Positions 28,137 through 37,909 of a stretch of 64,000 nucleotides of DNA are shown here, in pieces. A model generated the notes under the pieces. That model made no database searches, was not told where the DNA came from, and saw only the letters and a program-made list of their open reading frames with translations. The position numbers were made by a program, and so were the translations under genes. The stretch is from Candidatus Fimenecus sp. (lineage in GTDB: Bacteria; Bacillota; Clostridia; Oscillospirales; Acutalibacteraceae): assembly GCA_045595185.1 (NCBI GenBank), contig JAZNZX010000014.1, positions 3,614 through 67,613 on the forward strand, read 5' to 3'. How positions within the stretch are numbered: the stretch's first letter is position 1; each line of letters begins with the position of its first letter.

Positions 28137-31100
28137 TTAAAGTTTTAGTGAAATTTCTTTCGATAAATGGAATGAATAAAGAGTTATTGCCACATTTTGC
28201 AGACCAAAGCATTCTTCAGCTGCTTTTTTGTAAATACTCATCTGCTCTTTATATCTTTCACAAAGTTCATCTTCCGTTGAAACCTTATCAGTCTTGTAGT
28301 CAACAATTTCTCCACTATTTCCGTTAATTATAAGTCCGTCAATGATACCCTGAACGATTACTGTTTCATTCTGTACATTTTCAGGTAGGTTGCTGTTAAC
28401 CACAGAAACAGGAAGTGACATTGAAAACTCCTGTTCACGAACATAATTTTCGGCAGAAGAAATTCTCTTGTAAAGGTCGCTTTCAAAGAATGATTTAATT
28501 GCCTTTGTATTAAGCGATTGTGCTTCTTTTTCTGTAAATGCTCCATTACTGACAGCACGATTGATTTCTTCTGTAAGATTTTCGCTTGCCTTGTTAAAAT
28601 CACAAATTTCCATAAATCTGTGAGTCAATGTACCACGCTGAGCAGGTGTTAACTCACCTGTTCCCGAAAATACAGGATTTTCACTTGCAAGATATTTAAG
28701 ATTTTCTTCGCTGTTGATTGCTGATGCTGCGTATTTGACAGGAATATCAGAAAGAACAGTATATGGATATTTATAGGAAAGTCGATTATTTATAATATCA
28801 AGCATTCCCCTATCACATTCAAAACTTGGTTCTCCTGTCTGTGATATTACAGTGTCTTCACACTTTTCAAAAATTGCAAAATCCATCGCAGGGCATTCTG
28901 CATTTTGTTCTGTGTTTAATAAAGTATCAAGTTTTAATGAAGGATGGCTCATCATAGAAAGTAAAATCCATTGCATATAACTTGAACACATTGAAATCGG
29001 CACAGAATTTTCAATGCCTTTTTCATAGCACTCATAATATAAATCTGTAATTTTCTTTTCAGGGTTATACAATGAGCCTACAATATAAAGTTTTTCTTCT
29101 GCTCGCGTCATTGCAACATAAAGCACTCTAATATGCTCTGCAGAATCTTCACTTTTTTCATACAATTTTATTGTGTTGGACTGTAGCGTATTGAAATCTT
29201 TGTGTAACAAAGGGAAATAACGAGAGGTTGCAACACCTAAATGCCTGTTAACTTTCACTTTACTGAAATCTGTTACATTATTTGATGATGAGCAGTTTGC
29301 AAGGAAAACAACAGGAAATTCAAGTCCTTTACTCTTATGTATAGACATAATTCTTACAACATTATCATTTTCTGAAATCTCGTTAGCACCATCCAAATCC
29401 TTATCATTTTTACGGATTTTATCAAGATAACGAATAAAGCCTGACAGTCCTGAACCACCGTTCTTCTCATAATTTTCTGCATAGCTTATCAGCAGTTCTA
29501 TATTCAGGACTCTTTTTTCACCGTTTTCCATAGCTCCTGCAATACTGTCATATGATGTTATTTCAAGAATTCTACGAATAAGACTTCCGATATCCATTGT
29601 TACGGACAACATTCGAAGATGGGACAACAAATCAAGAAAATTCTTTGCCTTTTCATCTGTATTGTACTGATTTTTTATGGCATTATAGAAATTTCCGTTT
29701 CTGTTTTTTAAGCGATATATTGCAAGGTCATCTTCCGTAAATGAAAACAACGGTGAAAGCATTACCGACGCTAACGGTACATCCTGAACAGGATTGTCAA
29801 TAACCTTTAGCATTGATATTAATGTTACAATTTCTTTTGACTCAAAAAATCCGCCTTGTTTCTGAAAAAATGTGGGAATTCCCATACATTCAAGTTCTCT
29901 TGCAATTACATTTGCCTTGTCCTTTACTGCACGAAGCAAAATACAGATGTCGCTGTATTTAATCGGTCGCTCCTCACCTTTTTTGCCCACAAGAGCACCT
30001 GACGAAACGAGATCATTTATAACATTTCCTATGTGTCGTGCTTCGGCAACAAGGTCAGAGCCTCTTGAATTGTCCGATTTCACAATATGTACGGAAACAT
30101 CGGCTGTATTTTCCGTTGGGTAATTCCCGCCGAATTCAAGCTGTTCGCCGTTTTTATAATCAATTCCACAGGTTTTTCGCGTCATTAAATTATGAAAAAT
30201 AAAGTTTATGCCGTCAAGTACACCTTTACGACTTCGAAAGTTCCTGTCAAGACTGATTACCGCAGGATAGTTATTGTCATTATAGGTTTCAAATGAATCC
30301 TTGTAGCCCATAAATATTTCAGGCATTGCCTGACGGAAACGATAAATACTCTGCTTTACATCCCCTACCATAAACTTGTTTTCATCATTTTTTGAAATGA
30401 CAGAAAACAGAGTATCCTGTGCTTCGTTTGTATCCTGAAATTCATCAATTAAAATTTCTGCAAAATTATCCGAAAGTTCATTTGCAAGAGGTGTTTTTGT
30501 ATATGTACCGTCAGGATTTAACTCCACTAATATCTTTAAGGCAAGATGCAAAACATCAGAAAAATAATATGTATTATTTTCTTTTTTGTAGTTGTTTAAC
30601 TTTTCAATGAAACTGATTGTACAAGATTTGAGAATCTTCATTATCGGTCGAAGATATTCCATATCTTCTTTAAAGTCGGATTCAGTACAAATCAAAATAG
30701 AATTTGCAGAAGAAATATACTTTTTGATACTGTCACGACGACCTTTTATATCCTCATAATAACCATCCTTTTCATCCTTTGGAATTCTTGGGAATGTGCT
30801 GAATTTCAATGACTGTGTAAGTTCTTTGATTTCATCCCATTTTTCAGGTGAATTCTGAATAAGAATAAGAATGTTATCAATGGAAATAAGAATTGGAGCA
30901 AGGTCGTTACTTATTGCACCTGCAAGATTGCTGTTTTCAGGTGCATCGTTAATAATACCGTTTGCCTTTATTTTAATGTATTCAAGAATCTCCGCAAGGC
31001 GTTCTAAACAGTATCTGCCCCACTTTGACTCACTTACGGATAAATCTTCAAAATAGTCAGAAAAGGTGCTTTCAAGCCAATTCAAAGGGTTTTGTGATGC

Positions 31101-31649
31101 CATTGCAAAGTTATAAAGAGAAAGAATTGAATCAATAAGATTTCTGTCATTTCTTCCGTTGGAGAAAAGCTTTAAAAAGTCTTCTGTTTCACTTTCAGGT
31201 AAAGTGTAAAGGTCCTCAAGTACTTCGCTGATGACATCTTGTTTCAACATATCATGCTCAATATCAGAAAGCATTGAAAAATCCGGTGCAATATCTGCTT
31301 TTTCAAAATTTTCCCTTACGAGCCTTGCACAGAAGCTGTCCATTGTGGAAATCTGTGCATTAGGAAGATACATTTTCTGTCGTTTTAAATATTGATTTTG
31401 TGGCTGTTCATATATAAGCTCTGAAAGGCGTTTTGAAATTCGTTCTTTCATTTCGGCTGCAGCAGCCTTTGTAAATGTAACTATAAGAAGTTTTTCAATA
31501 TCAACAGGGTTATTTTTATCTGTTATTCGTTGAATAACCCGTTCAACAAGAACGGCTGTTTTACCTGAACCTGCAGCAGCAGAGACAAGAACAGTACCGT
31601 TTTTTGATTCAATAGCCTGATTTTGTGCATCAGTCCATATTCTCGCCAT
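28137..31649 (-). CDS. addA: ATP-dependent helicase/nuclease subunit A
   Basis: UvrD-type helicase motifs (AAAGSGKTAVLVERV, DEFQDTN) and a C-terminal RecB-type nuclease (IIDGLI...DYKT). Start at MARIWTD (31649), overlapping the addB stop. Confidence 0.9.
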   Translation of the reverse strand: MARIWTDAQNQAIESKNGTVLVSAAAGSGKTAVLVERVIQRITDKNNPVDIEKLLIVTFTKAAAAEMKERISKRLSELIYEQPQNQYLKRQKMYLPNAQISTMDSFCARLVRENFEKADIAPDFSMLSDIEHDMLKQDVISEVLEDLYTLPESETEDFLKLFSNGRNDRNLIDSILSLYNFAMASQNPLNWLESTFSDYFEDLSVSESKWGRYCLERLAEILEYIKIKANGIINDAPENSNLAGAISNDLAPILISIDNILILIQNSPEKWDEIKELTQSLKFSTFPRIPKDEKDGYYEDIKGRRDSIKKYISSANSILICTESDFKEDMEYLRPIMKILKSCTISFIEKLNNYKKENNTYYFSDVLHLALKILVELNPDGTYTKTPLANELSDNFAEILIDEFQDTNEAQDTLFSVISKNDENKFMVGDVKQSIYRFRQAMPEIFMGYKDSFETYNDNNYPAVISLDRNFRSRKGVLDGINFIFHNLMTRKTCGIDYKNGEQLEFGGNYPTENTADVSVHIVKSDNSRGSDLVAEARHIGNVINDLVSSGALVGKKGEERPIKYSDICILLRAVKDKANVIARELECMGIPTFFQKQGGFFESKEIVTLISMLKVIDNPVQDVPLASVMLSPLFSFTEDDLAIYRLKNRNGNFYNAIKNQYNTDEKAKNFLDLLSHLRMLSVTMDIGSLIRRILEITSYDSIAGAMENGEKRVLNIELLISYAENYEKNGGSGLSGFIRYLDKIRKNDKDLDGANEISENDNVVRIMSIHKSKGLEFPVVFLANCSSSNNVTDFSKVKVNRHLGVATSRYFPLLHKDFNTLQSNTIKLYEKSEDSAEHIRVLYVAMTRAEEKLYIVGSLYNPEKKITDLYYECYEKGIENSVPISMCSSYMQWILLSMMSHPSLKLDTLLNTEQNAECPAMDFAIFEKCEDTVISQTGEPSFECDRGMLDIINNRLSYKYPYTVLSDIPVKYAASAINSEENLKYLASENPVFSGTGELTPAQRGTLTHRFMEICDFNKASENLTEEINRAVSNGAFTEKEAQSLNTKAIKSFFESDLYKRISSAENYVREQEFSMSLPVSVVNSNLPENVQNETVIVQGIIDGLIINGNSGEIVDYKTDKVSTEDELCERYKEQMSIYKKAAEECFGLQNVAITLYSFHLSKEISLKL

Positions 31650-34600
31650 TCTTGTCACTCCTTAACATTTCAATTGAATCATTAAACGAAAGAATTTTCA
31701 TTTCTTTTACAGGGTCATCCTCTTCCCTTTTGCAAACATCCTTATAGTTGCACCATTTACAACCATCTTCCACAGGAAGTGCAGAAATGTAGCCTGATTG
31801 AAGCTGTTCCGCCATATCTTTAATAGATGCATTAACCGACTCCTTCAGGCGATTAAGAGAATTTATAGAAATTACTTTTCCTTTTAATGAGCCTGTTTTT
31901 TCATCAAAGGATGCAGGCAGGAAAATTCCCTTACAGTTTTTATCCATAGCCTCAAAAACCTGAAGATTATTGAGAATCATACCGTCCATTTTATGTTCGG
32001 CAGAGGAATATGACTGTGCTTCCTCTACATCTGAAGCTCTTGTAATTTTATCGCTTGATATTTTTGTGTTTTTTGCTTGGAAATACAATACACCGGCAGG
32101 AGTTATGTTTTCACCATAATGCTCCTTACCGTTTTCCCAGATTGCAAAAAGGTAAATGAGCATCTGCATATTAAGACCATAAAAAACTTCACCGAGCTGG
32201 AACTCTTTTCCGCCTGTTTTATAGTCAACCACTCGTAAAAAAGTGTTGTCTTCTGTTTTAAACATATCAACGCGGTCAATGCTACCCACAACACTGACCT
32301 TTCCACCATCAGAAAGTTCAACACAATACGGTGCAACATCACCGTCGTTATTGATTTTAAGCTCAAAATCAACAGGCGTAAATTCACATACTCTGAACTC
32401 ATCCACAAGTCTGATAACAACGCTGTATGCAGTATCCTTTATCAGTCTGATTGTTCGTAAGAATGACTGTGCCTTATTATCATAGCCACCCATTTCGTCT
32501 GTAATATATTCGTCAATTATGGAATTGATTTTATCTTTAATAGTTGCTTCTGCCATTTTAAGAACATCTGTCTTTTTATTTCTCAATAAAAATTGTTCCA
32601 GAACAAAATGAATTACAGTACCATACAAAGCAGCATCAACCTGCGCTTCTTTGCGAGGTTTGAGCTTCATACCGTATTCGCAGAAATAACCAAAGGGGCA
32701 TTTATAGAATTTTTCGATACGAGATGCAGACATAAACATATTTCTGCCAAAGAAATCTGTTGCAAGGTCTGTATCTGTAATTTTAAAATCCTTTTTATTT
32801 GCTTTATTGATTTTTGAAAGTTCATTTTCACCGTTATTTTCACGGAAATATTCTTTAAGAGTTTCGGCAAGCACAGAGCCATTTACGGACTCACCTGCCA
32901 TAACTGAAAATGCTGATTCACGACTTTCAATATAATCAAGCTTCAAATTTTCTTTTCTGATATTACAATTCGGGAACATTCGAAGCACATCACTGACCAT
33001 TTCTGACGGTGTCAATGAAGACGAATCGCTTCCGACAGCAGAATATGTAAGATAAACCTTGTCAGTTGCAAGGGTTATTGCGCGATAGGCAATAAAATTT
33101 TCGCTTACGCTGTTATATTCAAGGTTACTGATAATAGGAAGTCCGTTCTTAATAAGCTCGCATCTTTCCATATCGTTAAAAAGAACACCTGATGAGCTTT
33201 CTCCGGGAAAAACGCCTGTATTAACACCCATAAGGAACACAACCTTAGGTGCTGATGCACGAATTCTGTCTGCACCACCGATAACCACTTCGTCCATACC
33301 GTTAGGAATAACACCGATATTTTTAGATGCAACAAGAATGTCAAAAAGCTCAGAATATCTTTCAATCGTTATCTTATTTTTACCGATTGCACCATAAAGA
33401 CCGTCAAGGACTTCCGTCATAAGTTTCCATATTCTGCCCTGTTCCTGTGCCAAATCATTTTCATTATTATCCTTTAAAATTTCTGTGAAGATTTTTAACT
33501 GTTCATCAATTTTGGCATTTCTTAAAAAGGCAAAAAGCTCTTTTGAAATACTTTCACCGTCTGTTTCTGCTATTCTCTTTTTGAGTGCAAGAATCGGACC
33601 TACTACCCTTTCACGCAAAGTGTTGATTTGTGCAAGGCTTTCTTCTGCATATTCGTCAAACGCTTCACCAAAGCCTTTTGGATTTTCTGTCCATTCGTTT
33701 TTCCATTGTGACGGATTAATACGCCACATAAGACAATAGTCTTCAAGCATAGCGATTTCTTCAACAGTAAAGCCATAAAGCTGTGTTTTGAGAAATCTTA
33801 AAACTGTTTCTGTGTCAAACCCCTTAACAAGAATGTTAAGAAGGCATTTCACAAACACAATAAGAGGTTGAGTATTCACAGGCTGACGATTATCGTGGAA
33901 GCAGTCAATATCATATTTACGAAATGCTGATTCAATGTTCTTTTTATAGCTTTCTTCGTTACGAACAATAACTGCTATATCGCGATAACGAAGATTTTCG
34001 TTTCTGATGAGTTTTTTTATTTCCGATGCAACAATCTGACATTCCTCCATTTTTGTTCTGCAAGGAATTACTGTAACTGCATCTGCATTTTCTTCGTAAA
34101 TTTTACCGTCAGAAGAAAAAATATTTTCTTCAAGGAAATTCAGTTCATCTTTCTTAAATTCTTTTTTTGAATACAACACCTTTTCAGGTGCAATTTTTAC
34201 ATTTATTTTGTTGGCAAGTTGTTTTAGCTTTTTAATTTCAACACTTACATTATAAAAAAGCTCATATCTTCCGTTATTTTTTGCTGTATCACAACAAAAT
34301 GTTACATAGACATTTTCAGCCTGACGAAGAATTTGCTCAATAATCTTGTATTCCTGTCCTGAAAAGCCTGAAAAAGCATCTATGAAAACAGTTTTACCTT
34401 CAAAATACTTAACATCCCACAACAACTCATAAAGCATATCAGGATATGTACAGCTATCACAAAAGCTCTGTGACATAAGTGCATCATAACAAGAGAAAAT
34501 CTGTGATAATTCATTGAGTTTTGATGAAAATGATGATTTTTGCACAAGACCTGAAAATTCACCAAGTGATTCATTGGAAATACCGCACTTTTTTATTTCA

Positions 34601-34974
34601 CGATGAAAATCAAGGATTTCACTTATAAGCTGCGGAAACTTTTTATAACGGTTAAAAACAGTCAATTTATCTTCAAGAGTTTCAATGGCACAGCTCATCA
34701 AAACTGCACGGACACCGTCATCTGCAGTTTTCTTTTCCATTTTTCCATAACGGGACAAGAGCCTTTCAGCAATTCGCGAAAAGCTTAAAATTTCAACATT
34801 ATTTATTTTTCCGTTTCCTAAAAGTTGCAACATACCTTTTTCAGTTTCAAATGAAAACTGTTCAGGCACGATTATTATGGCTTTGTCGGCCTCTTTTGTT
34901 GCAATTTTAGTTGCCATTGAACGGATTAAGCGAGTTTTCCCGCTACCTGTTCGTCCTGTTATGATGTTGAGCAT
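31630..34974 (-). CDS. addB: ATP-dependent helicase/nuclease subunit B
   Basis: N-terminal GRTGSGKT, a C-terminal nuclease (VVDYKTG) and the Fe-S cysteines CKWCNYKDVC. Directly upstream of addA. Confidence 0.9.
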   Translation of the reverse strand: MLNIITGRTGSGKTRLIRSMATKIATKEADKAIIIVPEQFSFETEKGMLQLLGNGKINNVEILSFSRIAERLLSRYGKMEKKTADDGVRAVLMSCAIETLEDKLTVFNRYKKFPQLISEILDFHREIKKCGISNESLGEFSGLVQKSSFSSKLNELSQIFSCYDALMSQSFCDSCTYPDMLYELLWDVKYFEGKTVFIDAFSGFSGQEYKIIEQILRQAENVYVTFCCDTAKNNGRYELFYNVSVEIKKLKQLANKINVKIAPEKVLYSKKEFKKDELNFLEENIFSSDGKIYEENADAVTVIPCRTKMEECQIVASEIKKLIRNENLRYRDIAVIVRNEESYKKNIESAFRKYDIDCFHDNRQPVNTQPLIVFVKCLLNILVKGFDTETVLRFLKTQLYGFTVEEIAMLEDYCLMWRINPSQWKNEWTENPKGFGEAFDEYAEESLAQINTLRERVVGPILALKKRIAETDGESISKELFAFLRNAKIDEQLKIFTEILKDNNENDLAQEQGRIWKLMTEVLDGLYGAIGKNKITIERYSELFDILVASKNIGVIPNGMDEVVIGGADRIRASAPKVVFLMGVNTGVFPGESSSGVLFNDMERCELIKNGLPIISNLEYNSVSENFIAYRAITLATDKVYLTYSAVGSDSSSLTPSEMVSDVLRMFPNCNIRKENLKLDYIESRESAFSVMAGESVNGSVLAETLKEYFRENNGENELSKINKANKKDFKITDTDLATDFFGRNMFMSASRIEKFYKCPFGYFCEYGMKLKPRKEAQVDAALYGTVIHFVLEQFLLRNKKTDVLKMAEATIKDKINSIIDEYITDEMGGYDNKAQSFLRTIRLIKDTAYSVVIRLVDEFRVCEFTPVDFELKINNDGDVAPYCVELSDGGKVSVVGSIDRVDMFKTEDNTFLRVVDYKTGGKEFQLGEVFYGLNMQMLIYLFAIWENGKEHYGENITPAGVLYFQAKNTKISSDKITRASDVEEAQSYSSAEHKMDGMILNNLQVFEAMDKNCKGIFLPASFDEKTGSLKGKVISINSLNRLKESVNASIKDMAEQLQSGYISALPVEDGCKWCNYKDVCKREEDDPVKEMKILSFNDSIEMLRSDKNGENMD

Positions 34975-34988
34975 TTAAATACTCCTTT

Positions 34989-36281
34989 TTATTTTAACTT
35001 AAATATCTTTGCGCCATGCGAGTTCACATTACAAGTAAATGAATCTGTAACATTTGAAATATCTTCTTTTTTCCACAAATCACGAAGAATGTATTTGTCA
35101 TTATATCCGTACTTATTCAAATCAACTGTAATATCTGCGTCTTGCTGTGAAACATTAAAAACAGCAATTAAAGGTTTGTTATCAGATGAAGTTGCAGTCC
35201 ATATTACTGTGTTTTTGTCACGGTAAACCTGTTTACCGTTATGAGAATTCTGGTTCACATCAATAATTTCCTCGTTTGTCATAAGTGATAATGTCCACTC
35301 GTCATTGTTTCGCATTTCGCCACCAAACATAAGTGGTGAACGGAAAATTGACCAAAGAGTCATAAGTGTAATTTGTTCATCCTTTGTGAACTGAGTGTAT
35401 CTGTCCTTAGGGCCATGACAAGTGCCGTTTCTTGAAAGGTTCCCAAGAGGTAACATGTCGCAATCAGGCCAACAACCTTCGCTAACATAAGGTGACCATT
35501 TTTCGCACTTATCGAACATTTCATAAAGCTTGTCCCATTGGTCCCAAAAGTCCCCTGTAAGACGCCACATATTAGCATATTCGCACAAATGGTCAGCAAC
35601 TGACAACTCAGCAGGGCCAGGTGAAAGACTGAGTACAATGTCTCTGCCTGTTTTGTCAATGGCCTTTCTTATCATTTCAACTTCTTCGCGTGCTGAATAA
35701 GGATTGTCCCATTTTCTGAATTCTGTAACACAGATATCATCTACTTTAACAAAGTCAATGCCCCATTTTGCGTACATATCGAAAATCGAATCATAATAAG
35801 CCTGTGCACCCTCACAAGTGTACATTCCGTACATATCTGTGTTCCAAGGACAAACGGAAAAATGATGAGCAACCTGACGAGCTGTTTTTTCAGTACCTAA
35901 AATCGGAGTATTCTGGTGAACTGCCTGACGAGGAATGCCACGCATAATATGTATGCCGAATTTAAGTCCCATATCGTGAATCTTATCGGCAATTGCTTTG
36001 AAACCAACACCATTTGCAGATGATGGGAAACGATTGACAGCAGGAATAAGACGAGAATACTCGTCCATACAAAGCTCAGTAAAGTTATTATAGTCGTTGT
36101 CTTTTGCTTTTGGCTCGTACCATTGAATGTCACAAACAACATACTGCCAACCATAAGCCCTAAGATATTTTGCCATATATTCAGCGTTGCCTAAAAGCTG
36201 TTCTTCATTGACAGCAGCACCGTAACAATCCCAACTGTTCCAACCCATAGGTGGTGTTTTTGCAAGTCTGTTTTTATCCAT
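34989..36281 (-). CDS. Alpha-galactosidase, GH27 family
   Basis: TPPMGWNSWDCYG and FVKVDD motifs. Start at MDKNRLAK (36281) with an AAGGGGA SD; the upstream extension has no homology-like content. Confidence 0.82.
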   Translation of the reverse strand: MDKNRLAKTPPMGWNSWDCYGAAVNEEQLLGNAEYMAKYLRAYGWQYVVCDIQWYEPKAKDNDYNNFTELCMDEYSRLIPAVNRFPSSANGVGFKAIADKIHDMGLKFGIHIMRGIPRQAVHQNTPILGTEKTARQVAHHFSVCPWNTDMYGMYTCEGAQAYYDSIFDMYAKWGIDFVKVDDICVTEFRKWDNPYSAREEVEMIRKAIDKTGRDIVLSLSPGPAELSVADHLCEYANMWRLTGDFWDQWDKLYEMFDKCEKWSPYVSEGCWPDCDMLPLGNLSRNGTCHGPKDRYTQFTKDEQITLMTLWSIFRSPLMFGGEMRNNDEWTLSLMTNEEIIDVNQNSHNGKQVYRDKNTVIWTATSSDNKPLIAVFNVSQQDADITVDLNKYGYNDKYILRDLWKKEDISNVTDSFTCNVNSHGAKIFKLK

Positions 36282-36413
36282 AATAAATCCCCTTTTGTGA
36301 AAAACAATTTTCTTATACATTTTATCATTATATGTGGATTTTGTAAATAATTGAATGGGTAAAATAACGGACTTAATTTGTGTAAAATTATTGAAAATAA
36401 CAGTAAAAAGTTC

Positions 36414-36442
36414 TTGACAAAGATAATCGGTTATGATAGAAT
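36414..36442 (+). promoter_or_regulatory. Strong sigma-A promoter of the tRNA cluster
   Basis: TTGACA, 17 nt, then TGaTAGAAT (extended -10), about 18 nt before the first tRNA. Confidence 0.6.
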
Positions 36443-36459
36443 ATTCAAGCATTCGAAAT

Positions 36460-36533
36460 GCGGGTGTAGTTCAATGGTAGAATCCCAGCCTTCCAAGCTG
36501 GTCGTGTGGGTTCGATTCCCATCACCCGCTCCA
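36460..36533 (+). tRNA. tRNA-Gly (anticodon TCC), CCA encoded
   Basis: Cloverleaf: acceptor gcgggtg/cacccgc, anticodon arm ccagc-CTTCCAA-gctgg, T-loop GGTTCGATTCC. Confidence 0.9.
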
Positions 36534-36610
36534 GCGCTGATAGCTCAGTTGGATAGAGCATCTGCCTTCTAAGCAGAGGGTCGGGGGTTCGAATCCCTTT
36601 CAGCGTGCCA
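36534..36610 (+). tRNA. tRNA-Arg (anticodon TCT), CCA encoded
   Basis: Acceptor gcgctga/tcagcgt (G1.U72), anticodon arm tctgc-CTTCTAA-gcaga, T-loop GGTTCGAATCC. Starts immediately after the CCA of tRNA-Gly. Confidence 0.8.
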
Positions 36611-36657
36611 CAGCGTATAAAAGTTAATATTATTAGCCTTTGTGCGCTGATATATAT

Positions 36658-36735
36658 GGTGGGTATAGCTTAGTTGGTTAAAGCGCCAGTTTGTGGCACT
36701 GGAGACCATCGGTTCGAATCCGATTATCCACCCCA
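36658..36735 (+). tRNA. tRNA-His (anticodon GTG) with an encoded G-1, CCA encoded
   Basis: G-1 plus acceptor gtgggta/tatccac, anticodon arm ccagt-TTGTGGC-actgg, T-loop GGTTCGAATCC. Confidence 0.88.
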
Positions 36736-36795
36736 CTAACTTAGAACACCGTCAATATATTGACGGTGTTTTGAGTATAAACCACAATTAAATAT

Positions 36796-36870
36796 TGGGG
36801 TGTCGTCAAGCGGTAAGACACAGCACTTTGACTGCTGCATTCGTAGGTTCGAATCCTGCCACCCCAGCCA
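36796..36870 (+). tRNA. tRNA-Gln (anticodon TTG), CCA encoded
   Basis: Acceptor tggggtg/cacccca, anticodon arm cagca-CTTTGAC-tgctg, T-loop GGTTCGAATCC. Confidence 0.88.
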
Positions 36871-36872
36871 AG

Positions 36873-36902
36873 AAAAAACCACTTCATAAGAAGTGGTTTT
36901 TT
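36873..36902 (+). terminator. Rho-independent terminator of the tRNA cluster
   Basis: aaaaaaccactt-cataag-aagtgg followed by TTTTTT. Confidence 0.7.
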
Positions 36903-36903
36903 C

Positions 36904-37060
36904 AATGATGTTTGCATTACTGCAAATGATGTCACAAGGTTAATGATGTTTACTTCGTAAATGATGTCGCTCACTAATATTTTAAGGCAAACATCACATC
37001 ATTGCGAATAAAATAAGCAACATCATTATGCAAAGCATAATATCATGTCACCATCAGGTG
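36904..37060. repeat. Iteron-like array: 4 direct AATGATGT boxes followed by 3-4 inverted ACATCATT boxes
   Basis: AATGATGT at 36904, 36925, 36942 and 36960 (spacing 17-21 nt). ACATCATT at 36996, 37020 and 37053, plus a degenerate ATATCATG near 37040. Confidence 0.8.
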
Positions 37061-37161
37061 ATACATCATTTAATTTAACAATGTATTATAGAATAAAATG
37101 TTTTACGATAAATAATGAATAATTGATTTGATTTTAAGGTTGTGCTATAATAACCGCAAAA

Positions 37162-37719
37162 ATGAATTTTGGAGAAGTGGATATATTGAACGAAAAAGCA
37201 TTACTTGAATTTGTAAAACCTTATTATGCCGATAAAGATATAATGCATAATTTGTGGCATATTGAGTTAGTAAGAAAAATGATTGGTAAAATCTTGTCTA
37301 TCAGCGCTTACGACGTCGATGAAGAATGTTTGATATTGGCAACATATTTTCACGGTTTTATATACAACGATGAAAAAAGAATAAGGAAATGGATGAAAGA
37401 ACAGGGCTATGATAAGAGTATGATTGCTAAAACAATCAAAATATCATGGGAGTCCCAAAGAAGTGAAGTTCCCAAAACTATTGAGGGTAAAATTTTACAC
37501 GATGCTCATATTTTAGAAGGCGGTAAGACTTATTTAATAGTTAAAACATTAATCACGGGTTCGGTTAGAGGACAATCTTTAACTGAGACATTAAATTTTA
37601 TGGAAAGAAATGTTTTGGATAAAAATAATTGTTATTTACCCGAAACAATTCCTTTGTGCAAAGAAATGAACAAATACACAAATGATTTCTTTAAGGAAAT
37701 AACAGAAGGAATTCAATGA
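37162..37719 (+). CDS. HD-superfamily hydrolase-like hypothetical protein
   Basis: LWHIELV...HGFIY...LHDAHILEG suggests an HD metal site. The start is uncertain (no SD before the ATG at 37162; GGAGAAG lies just inside). Confidence 0.55.
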   Translation: MNFGEVDILNEKALLEFVKPYYADKDIMHNLWHIELVRKMIGKILSISAYDVDEECLILATYFHGFIYNDEKRIRKWMKEQGYDKSMIAKTIKISWESQRSEVPKTIEGKILHDAHILEGGKTYLIVKTLITGSVRGQSLTETLNFMERNVLDKNNCYLPETIPLCKEMNKYTNDFFKEITEGIQ

Positions 37720-37748
37720 GATTGTTGCCATTTTGACCTGTAAACACA

Positions 37749-37784
37749 AAAATCGACAAGGCTTATTAGAGTTTTGTCGATTTT
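37749..37784 (+). terminator. Rho-independent terminator (bidirectional hairpin)
   Basis: aaaatcgacaa...ttgtcgatttt. Confidence 0.6.
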
Positions 37785-37813
37785 ACTTATTATTTACTCT
37801 AGACTTTACCACG

Positions 37814-37895
37814 GACAGACAAGGGTGCGGATGTCCGGTGGACACCTCTGCGAAGCAGAAGCACCGACCGAACCGGCAGGTGAGATTTGTCTGTC
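37814..37895. repeat. GC-rich nested palindromic insert
   Basis: Outer inverted repeat gacagacaa/ttgtctgtc encloses ccggtg...ctgcgaagcag...aaccgg hairpins. It is much more GC-rich than its surroundings. Confidence 0.6.
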
Positions 37896-37909
37896 TCTAC
37901 GCGCATTTT

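Noticed and set aside
36282-36452. 57-codon N-terminal extension of the GH27 alpha-galactosidase
   Set aside because: The extension runs into the tRNA promoter region and has no SD. ATG 36281 has an AAGGGGA SD and gives the usual distance to the PPMGWNSW motif.
36378-36974. ORFs 36378-36572 (+) and 36741-36974 (-)
   Set aside because: They are read straight through tRNA genes (Gly/Arg and Gln) and their terminator, so they are artefacts.
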